A model generated the notes under the pieces. It saw only the letters and a list, made by a program, of their open reading frames with translations, did no database searches and was not told the origin of the DNA. From Microcoleus sp. (GTDB lineage Bacteria > Cyanobacteriota > Cyanobacteriia > Cyanobacteriales > Microcoleaceae), in the NCBI GenBank assembly GCA_042408215.1, contig JAYFMW010000028.1, positions 128,001-192,000 of the forward strand: a DNA stretch of 64,000 nucleotides, read 5' to 3'. Position numbers and translations under genes: made by a program. Positions 50,907 to 62,171 of this stretch are shown here, piece by piece. Each line of letters opens with the position of its first letter. Position 1 is the first letter of the stretch.

Positions 50907-51651
50907 AGATTTGACTAATTTGATGGTTACAGGTAAAATCGGAAAAGGCGATCGCCCATTTAATCTTTTTTATCCAAGTCTTCTGTTTTTGCGGTTTCTG
51001 AATTTGATGGGAATTCTATGGGAATGTTAATATCAATTGATACTGTACTTTATTGAAAACCTATATTAACTATTTTTACTAATGCTTCTGTTTGTATTGT
51101 GATGGAAAGCAGATCGAGTTGAGTTTGTTGATGCGGTGTGACGCCGAGTAGGAATACTCAGAGTCATTAATGGGCGCGAGCGCTTCAACTAACCTCAAAA
51201 CTATTATCTGCCAAGGTTGGGCTGGCACAAGTAAAGTTTTGTAACAAAAAACTGGTTTTTTGCATAAAACTTGCAGACTGAACCCGATCGATAAATAGAG
51301 CTTTATTTGAGATGGGATAGCAAGCTCCTTTTGTTTCCCAAGTGCGATCGCCCCTCTCCCATCCCAAATCTCAAAGAGCGATCGCCCTTATTTTTCCTGC
51401 ATTGCGATCGCCCTTATTTTCCTGCATTGCGATCGCCCCCTAGTTGCCCCCAAGATTGGTATCTACCAAAGTCTGACCGCCCAAAAGTAAACTTTTGTAA
51501 CAAAAAACCAGTATTTTGCATAAAAATCGCAGATTCATACAGATAAAAACTATAGAGAGTTCTGAAGTTTAGACATCTTTGCGAATCAAAGCTAAAGACG
51601 CCCAAATAAAGCAACTATCAAGAACATCACACATAAGTAGGTTTATTCAAC

Positions 51652-53247
51652 ATGACAGTCAATATCTACGCCCCTTCATCGCAGGACGCTTTAGAGTCAG
51701 AAGAAGTTAAGCTAATAAACTTAATCAATCAATACCGCGCTGAAAACGGACTGCCGCCGATACCAAAATCCAAGGCACTTACTACCGTTGCTAATCGCCA
51801 TGTCCAAGATTTAGCAGAAAACGTTGGTACTCTCACTCATGGCTGGAGTGATGCTCCCTATGATAGTAGCAATTCCACGACTTGGCCGAATATGTGGAAA
51901 GCTCCCCAACGACTTAATACAGGCTATCTCGGCAATGGTTACGAGAACGCTTTCGGAGGTTCTAGTGGGTTTGTCGCCACAGCGGAAAATGCTTTTAATG
52001 GTTGGAAAGAGAGTTCGTTACACAATGCTGTCATCCTGAATCAAGGCAGTTCTTGGCAAAACCGACAGTGGAAGGCTTTAGGAGTCGGCATCTACAAAGG
52101 ATACGCGGTGATGTGGGTTGGCGAGGAAACTGATCCTACAGGCGAACCCTCAATCAGCAGTGCTGCTATACCAACACCGACACCAACACCGACACCAACA
52201 CCAACACTAACACCTCCAGCGCCACCAACACCTCCAGCGCCACCGCCGGTGACTCCCTTGCCTCAAGACCCTATCCCAACACCAACACCCACGCCAACAC
52301 CAACACCAACACCCACGCCAACACCAACACCAACACCAACACCTCCAGCGCCGGTAGCACCTGGAGCACCACCGCCGGCGACTCCCTTGCCTCAAGACCC
52401 TATCCCTACACCAATACCGGTGGTGCCAGTACCCCCAGTACCCCCAGTACCCCCGTCGGCTCCACCTATACCAGTACCAGGGGACACATCTATTCCTACT
52501 GGTGTCATTATCAATGACTCTAGCTTGCTGAACGTTTTTGATAGCCTCTCTAACTCAGCAGCAGCAGGCGTGGCTAATGGAAACTTTGTGAAATTAACCG
52601 CAGGCAATGATTTTGTTGATTTATTACTTCCGGGTTTGACCGCAACCCCAAGCGACGGTGTACTTGCCTTGGAAGGAAATGATACTATCCTCGGCTCATC
52701 TGGTAATGATGCCGTCAACGGAAACGTCGGTGCAGATAGTTTGAAAGGTGCTGGTGGTAACGACTTGCTGCGTGGTGGCAAAGATGAAGATCGGATTTTT
52801 GGAGACGATGGGAATGACATTCTCAACGGTGGCAGAGACAACGATACCCTTGAAGGTGGCTCAGGCAATGATTTTGTGCGAGGAGGCCGAGACAATGACC
52901 TTTTAATTGGCGGTGATGGCAACGATATTCTGGTAGGCGATATTGGTTCAGATACTCTCACAGGCGGTAGCGGATCGGATACGTTTATTCTGATCGCTAA
53001 TTCTGAAGCAGGAAAACGCGATCCTAATTTGGCCGATCGAATTACTGATTTTGCTCAAGGCGATAGAATTGCGATCGCAGGCAACATTTCCCAAAGCGAA
53101 CTCCGTTTTAATGCTGTCGGTATGAACACGTTGATCCTACTGGCAAACGGCGACATTTTAGGCAATGTTATAAATGTGTTACCAGCGACTGTTCAGAGTG
53201 CTACATTCATCGTTCCCACTACAGATTCAGCCCTGCGTTTGGGATAA
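51652..53247 (+). CDS. CAP (SCP) domain + Pro/Thr linker + RTX Ca-binding repeats; likely type I secretion substrate
   Basis: LINQYRAENGL, GYENA, WKESSLHNAVIL; (PT)n; GGxGxD nonapeptides; DRITDF. Confidence 0.88.
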   Translation: MTVNIYAPSSQDALESEEVKLINLINQYRAENGLPPIPKSKALTTVANRHVQDLAENVGTLTHGWSDAPYDSSNSTTWPNMWKAPQRLNTGYLGNGYENAFGGSSGFVATAENAFNGWKESSLHNAVILNQGSSWQNRQWKALGVGIYKGYAVMWVGEETDPTGEPSISSAAIPTPTPTPTPTPTLTPPAPPTPPAPPPVTPLPQDPIPTPTPTPTPTPTPTPTPTPTPTPPAPVAPGAPPPATPLPQDPIPTPIPVVPVPPVPPVPPSAPPIPVPGDTSIPTGVIINDSSLLNVFDSLSNSAAAGVANGNFVKLTAGNDFVDLLLPGLTATPSDGVLALEGNDTILGSSGNDAVNGNVGADSLKGAGGNDLLRGGKDEDRIFGDDGNDILNGGRDNDTLEGGSGNDFVRGGRDNDLLIGGDGNDILVGDIGSDTLTGGSGSDTFILIANSEAGKRDPNLADRITDFAQGDRIAIAGNISQSELRFNAVGMNTLILLANGDILGNVINVLPATVQSATFIVPTTDSALRLG

Positions 53248-53369
53248 AATATGCTTTGTGGGGCAGGCATCTTGCCTGCCATTTACTTGTGTAAAAGTGC
53301 GATCGCCCTTATTTTCCCTGCATTGCGATCGCCCTTATTTTCCCTGCATTGCGGCTGTAATGCTAAGTT

Positions 53370-54278
53370 TTATGCAGGTTTTCCCGTCCCACTATACTCG
53401 GAAGCAACAATCATCGACCCAATACCCGAATCGCTGAAGATCTCTTGCAGCAAAGCGTGCTCAAGACGACCATCAATAATATGAGCAGCCTTCACACCCT
53501 GAGCTAAACTCCGCACACAACAAGTAACCTTCGGAATCATCCCACCAGAAACAACCCCAGACTCAATTAACTGTCGAGCCTCTTGAATATCTAACTTCAC
53601 AATCAGACTATCTGGCTGGTGATAATCCTCCAAAATTCCAGCAGTATCAGTCATCAAAATCAACTTTTCCGCACCCAAACCAGCAGCAATCTCTCCAGCC
53701 ACCGTGTCAGCATTAATATTGTAAGATTGACCATTTTCATCCGCCGCCACACTCGACACCACGGGAATATATCCGCTGTTCACCAAAGACTCCAAAATCT
53801 TGATGTTGACGCTGCTGACTTCGCCAACAAACCCAATCCCCTCCCGGCCATCAGGACGAGCTTGAATCAGATTACCATCCTTGCCGCACAATCCCACCGC
53901 CTTGCCGCCAGCTTGGTTAATTAACGAAACAATTTCCTTATTTACCTTCCCCACCAAAACCATCTCCACAACTTCCATCGTCGCCGCATTAGTCACCCTC
54001 AAACCGTTCTTAAATTGCGGCTCAATTCCCAACTTTTCCAGCCAAATATTAATTTCCGGGCCGCCGCCGTGAACCACAACCGGACGCATCCCCACGCAGG
54101 ATAGCAGCACAATGTCTCGGATCACCTTTTCTTTGAGATTGCTCTCCTTCATCGCGGCACCGCCGTATTTGACGACAACAGTGCGACCGGCAAACTGTTG
54201 AATGTAAGGGAGGGCCTCCGAAAGCACCTGCACCCGATTGGTCTCTACGTTCCTGGGAAAATCGCTATGTTTGAGCAT
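53370..54278 (-). CDS. argB: Acetylglutamate kinase
   Basis: [42 protein letters not shown]; start ATG 54278. Confidence 0.97.
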   Translation of the reverse strand: MLKHSDFPRNVETNRVQVLSEALPYIQQFAGRTVVVKYGGAAMKESNLKEKVIRDIVLLSCVGMRPVVVHGGGPEINIWLEKLGIEPQFKNGLRVTNAATMEVVEMVLVGKVNKEIVSLINQAGGKAVGLCGKDGNLIQARPDGREGIGFVGEVSSVNIKILESLVNSGYIPVVSSVAADENGQSYNINADTVAGEIAAGLGAEKLILMTDTAGILEDYHQPDSLIVKLDIQEARQLIESGVVSGGMIPKVTCCVRSLAQGVKAAHIIDGRLEHALLQEIFSDSGIGSMIVASEYSGTGKPA

Positions 54279-54557
54279 ACAAGGACAAATGGCTAAAAAC
54301 TTAAGTGTAAAGTTTAATGTCTCAAGCAACTATCAACAAACGCAAAAAGAAGGAAGAAGTCATTAGTCAGCAGTCATTAGTCAGCAGTCAGTAGCCGGAT
54401 TAATGCCCCAGGCGATGGCGGCCCAATTCCCGATCGCCCCGAGCCTGAGTTTCAATAGGTTTTCTTAATAATCTAAGTTAAAACTTTGTATTATAACTTA
54501 TGACTTTCTTGCTAAAGTAAAGAAATGTATTGCTACTCTTGATTTACTTAAGGTTTT

Positions 54558-55382
54558 ATGTTAAAGGCTGTCACCGCGGAATCCGAAAACTCTCAGTACA
54601 AGCTACCTTCACAGGCTGACACGTCTCCCCAAATGACGGTATTTTGCGATTTAGACGGGCCGATCGTCGATGTGTCCGATCGCTACTACACCACCTATCA
54701 ACAGGGATTAGCCGACACTCAAGCAGCCTATGGAGCCCAGGGAATCAACCTCAACCTGCAAATACTCAGCAAACAGCAGTTTTGGCAAATGAAGCAAAAC
54801 CGCGTACCGGATACTGAAATAGCCAAAAGTTCCGGCTTATCGGGAGCAGAAATTCACGTTTTTCTCGGATGCGTGAGTCGGATTGTCAATCAGCCGGACT
54901 TGTTGCACTTAGATCGCATTCAGCCGGGAGTACAATGGGCGATCGCCCTGCTTCATTCCCGTGGCGTGCGACTGATCTTAGTCACCTTGCGACCCAGAAA
55001 TCAAGCCACTCAATTGTTGCAAAATTACGGTTTAGCCAGACTATTTACCTGCATTTGCGGAACTCAGATTCCCGATGCAGCTTATCACAATTATACAGCC
55101 TTAAAAACCGAATTGTTGGCTGAAGTTGTAGAAGAATTTGAGTCATCTCTGGGTTCTGCTTGGATGATCGGAGATACCGAAGCAGATATCCTCGCAGGAC
55201 AAGCATTAGGAATACCGACAATTGCTGTTACCTGTGGCATTCGCAGCCGCTATCAACTGCAAAAATACCAGCCCAATTTTATTTTCAGCGACCTAATTAT
55301 TGCCGTTCATCACTTATTAGGTTCTGCTACCTCCGGGGCGGGTTTTACCAACCATCCACGCCTTAAATCAACAATCTGCTAA
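54558..55382 (+). CDS. HAD family hydrolase
   Basis: FCDLDGP, LVTLR, WMIGDTEADI; last ~15 codons derive from a REP hairpin. Confidence 0.9.
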   Translation: MLKAVTAESENSQYKLPSQADTSPQMTVFCDLDGPIVDVSDRYYTTYQQGLADTQAAYGAQGINLNLQILSKQQFWQMKQNRVPDTEIAKSSGLSGAEIHVFLGCVSRIVNQPDLLHLDRIQPGVQWAIALLHSRGVRLILVTLRPRNQATQLLQNYGLARLFTCICGTQIPDAAYHNYTALKTELLAEVVEEFESSLGSAWMIGDTEADILAGQALGIPTIAVTCGIRSRYQLQKYQPNFIFSDLIIAVHHLLGSATSGAGFTNHPRLKSTIC

Positions 55383-55445
55383 ACCCGCCCCCGCCCAACC
55401 AAAAATCACAATGTACATTTTTTGTATTCGATCAAAGTCAAGTTT

Positions 55446-56277
55446 GATGTAGGCGATCGGTTGTGGTGGCGGGTTTATATATATTGTTGGCGGGTGTTAG
55501 ATTTTGTTGGTAAAACCCGCCCCTACAGACCTTCGCAGATGTAGGCGATCGGTTGTGTGGGGCGGGTTTATATAGATTGTTGGCTGGTGTTAGATTTTGT
55601 TGGTAAAACCCGCCCCTACAGACCTTCGCAGATGTAGGCGATCGGTTGTGTGGGGGCGGGTTTATATAGATTGTTGGCGAGCGTTAGATTTTGTTGGTAA
55701 AACCCGCCCCTACAGACCTTCGCAGATGTAGGCGATCGGTTGTGTGGGGCGGGTTTATATAGATTGTTGGCTGGTGTTAGATTTTGTTGGTAAAACCCGC
55801 CCCTACAGACCTTCGCAGATGTAGGCGATCGGTTGTGTGGGGGCGGGTTTATATAGATTGTTGGCGGGTGTTAGATTTTGTTGGTAAAACCCGCCCCTAC
55901 AGACCTTCGCAGATGTAGGCGATCGGTTGTGGGGGGCGGGTTTATATAGATTGTTGGCGGGTGTTAGATTTTGTTGGTAAAACCCGCCCCTACAGACCTT
56001 CGCAGATGTAGGCGATCGGTTGTGTGGGGCGGGTTTATATAGATTGTTGGCTGGTGTTAGATTTTGTTGGTAAAACCCGCCCCTACAGACCTTCGCAGAT
56101 GTAGGCGATCGGTTGTGTGGGGGCGGGTTTATATAGATTGTTGGCGAGCGTTAGATTTTGTTGGTAAAACCCGCCCCTACAGACCTTCGCAGATGTAGGC
56201 GATCGGTTGTGTGGGGCGGGTTTATATAGATTGTTGGCTGGTGTTAGATTTTGTTGGTAAAACCCGCCCCTACAGAC
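55446..56277. repeat. Tandem array of nine 92-94-bp REPIN-like hairpin units
   Basis: GATGTAGGCGATCGG starts at 55446, 55538, 55631, 55725, 55818, 55912, 56005, 56098, 56192; each unit has GGCGGGTTT...AAACCCGCCCCTAC. Confidence 0.95.
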
Positions 56278-56283
56278 TAATGA

Positions 56284-56850
56284 CTAAGATTTTTCTAAAT
56301 TCCTCGTCATTTCCCACAAGTGATTTAGGGGAAAATAAATCACCGGAGCCCAAAGACTACTGAGAATAGCAGAACACAAAGCCACTCGTTGACGATCGCT
56401 CCAAATTTCAACTAAAGCTCGATCGCCCATCGCCAAAAATTGAAGTCCCATCACCGTTTCCGCCAACACCGCCATCCCAAACACAATTAACGCGATCGGA
56501 ATCGGATCTCTCTCCACAAGATCAGCAGGAATCGACCAAGTTTTCAGCAAAACAACCGTGAGCACTGCTACAACAACTAGACTCACAGCGTGGGTGGGAT
56601 CAGGAGCCGTCATCGCATCTTGAAGAAACCCCAAAACCAGCCCCATGCTCGCAGCTCCCAAAACTGTACGTTTCCGCTTAATACTCCAAGCTACCACCCA
56701 AATTAACAGCCAGTTCGGGCTAATTCCCAGCAGTTCCATTCCCGGCATCCGAGTGGGTAATATCAGTATGCACAGAATCACAGAAGTAAATGTCACGGTG
56801 AAGTTGAGAAATTGACGCGATCGCCAAGACATCCGAGGTAAAGCCTTCAT
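56284..56850 (-). CDS. mreD: Rod shape-determining protein MreD
   Basis: Hydrophobic; PNWLLIWVVAWS, LSSLWAP; overlaps mreC stop. Confidence 0.9.
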   Translation of the reverse strand: MKALPRMSWRSRQFLNFTVTFTSVILCILILPTRMPGMELLGISPNWLLIWVVAWSIKRKRTVLGAASMGLVLGFLQDAMTAPDPTHAVSLVVVAVLTVVLLKTWSIPADLVERDPIPIALIVFGMAVLAETVMGLQFLAMGDRALVEIWSDRQRVALCSAILSSLWAPVIYFPLNHLWEMTRNLEKS

Positions 56851-57653
56851 TTTTTCCCTACTCCCCCTTGTGGTGCAGAAGTTTGAGCTTCAGAAGCCTT
56901 TTGGTCAGCTTGCTTATTGTGAGGGTAAACCACCGCCCACTCCAGAGAATTCATCGGTACAGAAAACTCAATCACAGCTTCAGGAGCCGGAGTTTTATTC
57001 ATATCCACCGAAACCACTTTTCCCACCGGCAAACCAGCAGGGAACAACTGACTGAAAGAAGAAGTGGAAACCACATCCCCAGGCTTGACATTGGGAACAT
57101 TATCAAAAAATTCCATCACAGCTTGGTTTTTCCCTTTCCCCCGCATAAAACCCATGTGCCTAGTGCGGGTAATTCCCACACCTAATTGACTCGTAGGGTC
57201 ACTGATTAAAAGCACCAAGCTAGTATTAGGAGTAACGCTAACAACCCGACCTACCAAACCGCCTGGGCCCATCACAGTAAAATCAGTTTTAATACCATCA
57301 TTACTGCCCCGACCCAAAGTTACTTGCTGCCACCAATGGTCGGCGCTGCGGCCAATAATAGGAGCTACAACCCCTTGAGTTTTCTTAGCAGAAACATAAC
57401 CTAAAAGCTCTTTTAGCTTCTGATTTTGAATCTCTAATTCTAATACCTGCGCTTGCAATTCCTGAGTCCGCGCCAAGATGAGCTGTTCTTGTCCAGAGCC
57501 GTTGGCGTGAAACGGGCGAGTCACCCAATTGTAGGCTTCAAACATTGCTGTACCTTGTGTTTGCCGAACTCCCCAAGCAGCAGTTACAGCTAAACCTAAA
57601 AGTGCAATTTGTAATCGCAGATCCCACCACCTGCGGAATGTGTTCTTTAGCAT
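56847..57653 (-). CDS. mreC: Rod shape-determining protein MreC
   Basis: Coiled coil, IIGRSADHWW, GGLVGRV, LFPAGLPVGKV. Confidence 0.93.
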   Translation of the reverse strand: MLKNTFRRWWDLRLQIALLGLAVTAAWGVRQTQGTAMFEAYNWVTRPFHANGSGQEQLILARTQELQAQVLELEIQNQKLKELLGYVSAKKTQGVVAPIIGRSADHWWQQVTLGRGSNDGIKTDFTVMGPGGLVGRVVSVTPNTSLVLLISDPTSQLGVGITRTRHMGFMRGKGKNQAVMEFFDNVPNVKPGDVVSTSSFSQLFPAGLPVGKVVSVDMNKTPAPEAVIEFSVPMNSLEWAVVYPHNKQADQKASEAQTSAPQGGVGKK

Positions 57654-57746
57654 AATTTCAGAAATCTAAAATTGTTTTATCAGGATTTCAGATTTGAGAT
57701 AGCAGCTCTAATCTAAAATCCCAAATCCCAAATTTGTTAACTACAT

Positions 57747-58781
57747 TTAGCGTGATTGTCCGCTGAAAACCCGTTCTAAATGTTTGTTTTCCAATACCCT
57801 ACCAGTTCCCAAAACCACGCAGCACAGAGGGTCTGCTGCAACGTGAGTGACAATTCCTGTTTCGTGACTGATCAGAGTATCTAAACCTTTCATCAGTGCT
57901 CCACCACCTGCCAGCATGATTCCCCTGTCAATAATATCTGCTGCTAATTCCGGGGGCGTGCGCTCCAAAGTACGCTTCACAGCTTCCACAATTACTGAAA
58001 GCGGTTCCGACATACTTTCACGAATTTCTGGGCCTTTAATAGTAACAGTTCGTGGCAGACCGGACAACAAGTGTAAGCCCCGCACTTCCATCATCACGTC
58101 GTCATCCTGTGGAGTTGGATATGCTGAACCGATCTGAATTTTAATTTCTTCAGCAGTGCGTTCGCCGATTACCAAATTATGAACTTTTTTCATATATTGG
58201 ACGATCGCCTCATTGAGTTCGTCGCCCGCCACCCGAACTGACTCGCTAATCACCGTACCTTGCAAACTCAAAACCGCAACTTCCGTCGTGCCCCCGCCGA
58301 TATCTATAATCATATTACCCGTCGCCTCGGCCACAGGCAGTCCAGCTCCGATCGCCGCCGCTATCGGTTCATCAATTAACCGAACTTCTCTAGCACCGGC
58401 CTGAGTTGCCGCCTCAATCACCGCCCGCCTTTCTACTCCAGTGACACCGCTGGGGATGCCAATAATGATCCGAGGCGACACTAGGGTTTTGCCATCGTGA
58501 ACCCTGCGGATAAAAGCCTTGAGCATGAGTTCCGCCATATCGAAGTCAGCGATGACCCCGTCGCGAAGTGGCCGCACCGCTATAATGTTCCCCGGCGTGC
58601 GGCCGAGCATTTTTTTAGCCTCTTCTCCAACAGCCAGCGGTATTTTTAGGTCTTGGTCGATCGCCACTACAGAAGGTTCTTGCAGAACAATACCTTTGCC
58701 GGATACATAAACGAGCGTGTTAGCAGTACCGAGGTCGATACCCATATCTCTAGATAAGGAAAATCGATTGAGAAGACCCAC
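57747..58781 (-). CDS. mreB: Actin-like MreB
   Basis: [37 protein letters not shown]. Confidence 0.98.
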   Translation of the reverse strand: MGLLNRFSLSRDMGIDLGTANTLVYVSGKGIVLQEPSVVAIDQDLKIPLAVGEEAKKMLGRTPGNIIAVRPLRDGVIADFDMAELMLKAFIRRVHDGKTLVSPRIIIGIPSGVTGVERRAVIEAATQAGAREVRLIDEPIAAAIGAGLPVAEATGNMIIDIGGGTTEVAVLSLQGTVISESVRVAGDELNEAIVQYMKKVHNLVIGERTAEEIKIQIGSAYPTPQDDDVMMEVRGLHLLSGLPRTVTIKGPEIRESMSEPLSVIVEAVKRTLERTPPELAADIIDRGIMLAGGGALMKGLDTLISHETGIVTHVAADPLCCVVLGTGRVLENKHLERVFSGQSR

Positions 58782-58903
58782 TGATTTGTACCCCCCCCCA
58801 AAACTAAAATACTATTGTGTGCAATAATGTTGTTACAAAAGTGTAACCGAGGTGGATTCTATTACGTTTTTCATCCTGAGTCTAGTCAAAAAGTACATTC
58901 TTG

Positions 58904-58952
58904 CACTTCGACTCCGTGGTTCGACTACGCGGTTCCTGAGCGTAGTCGAAGG
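58904..58952. repeat. REP-like palindrome TTCGACT(A/C)CG...CGTAGTCGAA
   Basis: Direct inspection. Confidence 0.55.
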
Positions 58953-59134
58953 GCACCAACCACGAGCGTGACCGCTGCCGTGACAATCAATGTGTTCTGG
59001 TAAGTGGGTGTAAAATCAGGATGAAGCTGCTATCGGTGCCATTCCCACTGCCATTAAGGGCGCTGTTTGGATGCAAGAGCGCGGCTAGAAGACGTTAACT
59101 ACAGTATCGATCGACCACATTCCTAAAAAATTTT

Positions 59135-59494
59135 ATGAGTCTTAATGTTGTAACTTTAGTCGGCCGCGTCGGTGGCGACCCGGACGTGAAGTATTTTGAA
59201 TCGGGTAAAGTTAAGTGCAGGTTGACGCTGGCCGTGAGAAGGCGATCTCGCAATAGTGACGAACCAGACTGGTTTACCCTGGAACTCTGGGATAAAGTAG
59301 CCCAGATTGCTGCTGACTACGTTCGCAAAGGCGCTCAAATAGGGGTTACAGGCTCTTTGAAGTTCGATCGCTGGCAAGACCGCAATACCGGAGCAAATCG
59401 CTCGATGCCAGTAATTAAGGTAGACCAGTTAGACTTGCTAGGCTCGAAACGGGACAATGAGTCCAGTATGTCGGAAAATCACAGAGAATTCTAG
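59135..59494 (+). CDS. ssb: Single-stranded DNA-binding protein
   Basis: NVVTLVGRVGGDP, PDWFTLELW, YVRKGAQIGVTGSL. Confidence 0.95.
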   Translation: MSLNVVTLVGRVGGDPDVKYFESGKVKCRLTLAVRRRSRNSDEPDWFTLELWDKVAQIAADYVRKGAQIGVTGSLKFDRWQDRNTGANRSMPVIKVDQLDLLGSKRDNESSMSENHREF

Positions 59495-59541
59495 TATTTG
59501 GCGGATTGGGGAATTAAGATTGTAGAATTGGGCGGGAGCTG

Positions 59542-60063
59542 GTGACTTCAGAAAAGCTAGAAATTGTTCAAAATGAATACCTTGCTGGCAAAGTTGCTTT
59601 TGAGGGCGGCCAGTATGCAAAAGCTGTGCAGAGTTTAGAAACTGCTAGCGGTTTAGTCGAGCGCAATTCCCGTTTGGGCGGCGAAGTGCAGATCTGGCTG
59701 GTAACAGCTTATCAGGCGAGCGGCAATACAGAAGGGGCGATCGGGCTTTGCCGGCAACTCACCCGCCATCCCAGCCTAGAAACCCGCAAGCAAGCAAAAC
59801 GGCTGCTCTTCATTCTCGAAGCACCCAAGCTCAGCATCCCTCCCGAATGGATGGTGAAAATTCCCGATTTGGCAGCTTTAGATGAAAATGAATCTACCAA
59901 TTTTCAAGCCAGTCCCAACGCTGATATCAAGTATGCTAAACCCAAGCCAGTTGTACCGGAACCTGTGGACTTGAGCCTGGTTAATACAAAAGATAATAGA
60001 TTTATTTGGGTAGCGTTAATTGCGATCGTTTTGATTTTAGGAGGCTTATTTATTAGTTATTAA
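59542..60063 (+). CDS. TPR-like protein with C-terminal membrane anchor
   Basis: GGEVQIWLVTAY, ILEAPKL, terminal hydrophobic helix. Confidence 0.78.
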   Translation: MTSEKLEIVQNEYLAGKVAFEGGQYAKAVQSLETASGLVERNSRLGGEVQIWLVTAYQASGNTEGAIGLCRQLTRHPSLETRKQAKRLLFILEAPKLSIPPEWMVKIPDLAALDENESTNFQASPNADIKYAKPKPVVPEPVDLSLVNTKDNRFIWVALIAIVLILGGLFISY

Positions 60064-60167
60064 GAAGTTAACCAATGGCTTTTAGCGATCGAAGTATCAG
60101 CGCCAATCCAGCTACAGTAAGAGTTTCAGCTATCAAGAATGTCTGAAACGTCGATCGGGTTGCTATA

Positions 60168-60273
60168 ATATCAAATACGTTAGCATCGGAATTATTCATC
60201 TCTCTCTTCTCGAACTCTGCGTTCTCTGCGTTCTAGAAAGGTTAAATCATTCCGGGGCAACCAGATTTGATAT
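60168..60273. mobile_element. MITE-like element with ATATCAAAT / ATTTGATAT ends
   Basis: Imperfect ~28-bp TIR; internal CTCTGCGTTCTCTGCG repeat. Confidence 0.55.
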
Positions 60274-60338
60274 AACTCCTCGGCCCTAAAAAGAAGGATT
60301 TAGGTATTGACAAAGGCTGAAATTCTGTGATATTATTT

Positions 60339-60391
60339 TTATAATGGGAGTGGTGGCAAAAATATTATTTTCGTCACCACTCCCATTATAA
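60339..60391. other. Perfect 17-bp inverted repeat directly after a sigma70-like promoter
   Basis: TTATAATGGGAGTGGTG / CACCACTCCCATTATAA; TTGACA-N18-TATTAT just upstream. Confidence 0.65.
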
Positions 60392-60562
60392 GATTATACA
60401 TAATTAAATGCTGAAAGTCAAGCCTTTAACCTTAAAAAAAATGGCGATTTTTTTTTATTTCAGTCAGATAAAAATTTATAACTAGAGCAACCGCTTTGGC
60501 TGTGAGGCGGCTTGCTGGTTCAGTTAAAATAAAACAAAGACCAAACCTGAAAGGCGATTATC

Positions 60563-61867
60563 GTGAGCGATTCCACCATAGAACAGATATTGAAATTGGC
60601 AAGTCAGCGGGCTTCGGCCGCTGAAGTATACTACCTGTCAAGTCAAGACACGCCGATCGAATTTGAAAACAATCGCCTCAAATCCCTCCAAACCAAAGCC
60701 CTCCAAGGCGTAGCACTACGACTGATTTACAAGGGCAAAATCGGTTTTGCCAGTTCCACGGATTTAACGCGGGTAGAGGATTTAGTCGATGCAGCCATTC
60801 AAACTGCCGAAATAGGCGATCGGGCCGAATTTGAACTCGCCTCCAACTTCCACCTAAAAACCCCGGAAACCACCTACATTCCGCCCACAACAGCCGAATT
60901 AGTCGAAAACGGCAAAAACCTGATCGAGGAAGTTCACGCCTACAATCCCGATATAATCGTCGATGTGGGCTTCCACGTCCGCAGCGGCCGCGTGAAAATT
61001 GCCACCACACAAGATGTGTATGCCGAAAGAAGCAGCCAAATAGTCAGCGCGACTATTGCCGGCAATCTGGTACTAGGAGAAGATTTTATGCAAGCATACA
61101 GCTACGACGTCGCGCGCGATCGCCCCCTCGACACCAACAACATCCTCCAAACACTCCTGGAAAAATACCGCCTCGCCGAAAATTCAGCCACCATCACCAG
61201 CGGTACCTACCCAGTATTATTTACCCCCAATGCCGCCGCTAGCACCCTCGGCAGCCTATTTGATACCATCCTTTCAGGTCAAGCCGTCGTTCAAAAAGCT
61301 TCTCCCCTAGCCGACAAAATCGGCGAAACCTTATTTGACGAACGCTTTACCTTTTTTGAAGATCCGACTTTGGGCCCTTCTGCTTGTCCCTTTGACGACG
61401 AAGGTACTCCCACAACTCGCAAAGTCTTAATTGACAAAGGTACTGTCACCGGATTTTACTGGGATCGCAGATGGGCGGCTCGCTCCGGTGTAGAATCTAC
61501 AGGCAACGGTTTTCGCGGCGGACTGTCTCGCCCGAGCCCGGATTTGACTAACTTTTGCATTTCCCCAGGAAATACCCCTACTCAAGAATTGATTGCTAGC
61601 ATGGACGAAGGCTTAATAGTAGAACAGGTTTTAGGTGCCGGTCAGTCCAATCAATTAGCTGGCGAATTTTCGGTCAATTTGGCTTTAGGCTATAAAGTAG
61701 AAAAAGGTAAAATTGTCGGTCGCGTCAAGAATACAATGGTGGCCGGCAGTATTTTTGAAGCCTTTAAAAATTTGGTAGATTTGAGTAGCGAATCCGAATG
61801 GGTAGGTGGTGCGGCATATTTACCCAGTATGATGTTTCAACAGTTGGGTGTGGCATCAAGGCAATAA
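60563..61867 (+). CDS. TldD/PmbA family protein (PmbA/TldE-like)
   Basis: GVALRL...GFAS, PFDDEG, STGNGFR, GEFSV; no HExxH seen. Confidence 0.88.
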   Translation: MSDSTIEQILKLASQRASAAEVYYLSSQDTPIEFENNRLKSLQTKALQGVALRLIYKGKIGFASSTDLTRVEDLVDAAIQTAEIGDRAEFELASNFHLKTPETTYIPPTTAELVENGKNLIEEVHAYNPDIIVDVGFHVRSGRVKIATTQDVYAERSSQIVSATIAGNLVLGEDFMQAYSYDVARDRPLDTNNILQTLLEKYRLAENSATITSGTYPVLFTPNAAASTLGSLFDTILSGQAVVQKASPLADKIGETLFDERFTFFEDPTLGPSACPFDDEGTPTTRKVLIDKGTVTGFYWDRRWAARSGVESTGNGFRGGLSRPSPDLTNFCISPGNTPTQELIASMDEGLIVEQVLGAGQSNQLAGEFSVNLALGYKVEKGKIVGRVKNTMVAGSIFEAFKNLVDLSSESEWVGGAAYLPSMMFQQLGVASRQ

Positions 61868-61894
61868 GTTAAGTAGGGTTTTACTCGTTACCAG

Positions 61895-62129
61895 GCTCTG
61901 CCGATTGGTGACAACTTAACATTAAACGTAATACCGGTCTGCTGTTTGATGATTAGGCTCAGATCCCCCCTAACCCCCCTTAAGAAGGGGGGAACCGGAA
62001 ATGGCTCTTTCGTCACCCCCTACTCACACCCTACTCCCTTCTTAAGGGGGATGCGAGGGGGATCTAGACTCGGCTGTGAACGAGAGATACAAAGGTTTTC
62101 AGGCTTAAGTTGTCACGAATCGGCAGAGC
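61895..62129. mobile_element. Third MITE copy (TG(T/A)CAACTTAA family) within a different REP type
   Basis: GCTCTGCCGATTGGTGACAACTTAA / TTAAGTTGTCACGAATCGGCAGAGC; interior matches the 41984-42187 copy in reverse. Confidence 0.8.
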
Positions 62130-62171
62130 ATTGAAACCAGTTAACCAGTTAAAAAATACAATAAAAGTAAA

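Noticed and set aside
52170..52480. Pro/Thr repeats as a separate repeat element
   Set aside because: Ordinary low-complexity linker of the CAP-RTX protein.
55446..56277. Possible CRISPR array
   Set aside because: Sequence between palindromes is repeated rather than unique; it is a REP-type tandem.
60563..61867. TldD/PmbA gene as part of a RiPP cluster
   Set aside because: No precursor, YcaO or partner tldD nearby; housekeeping context.
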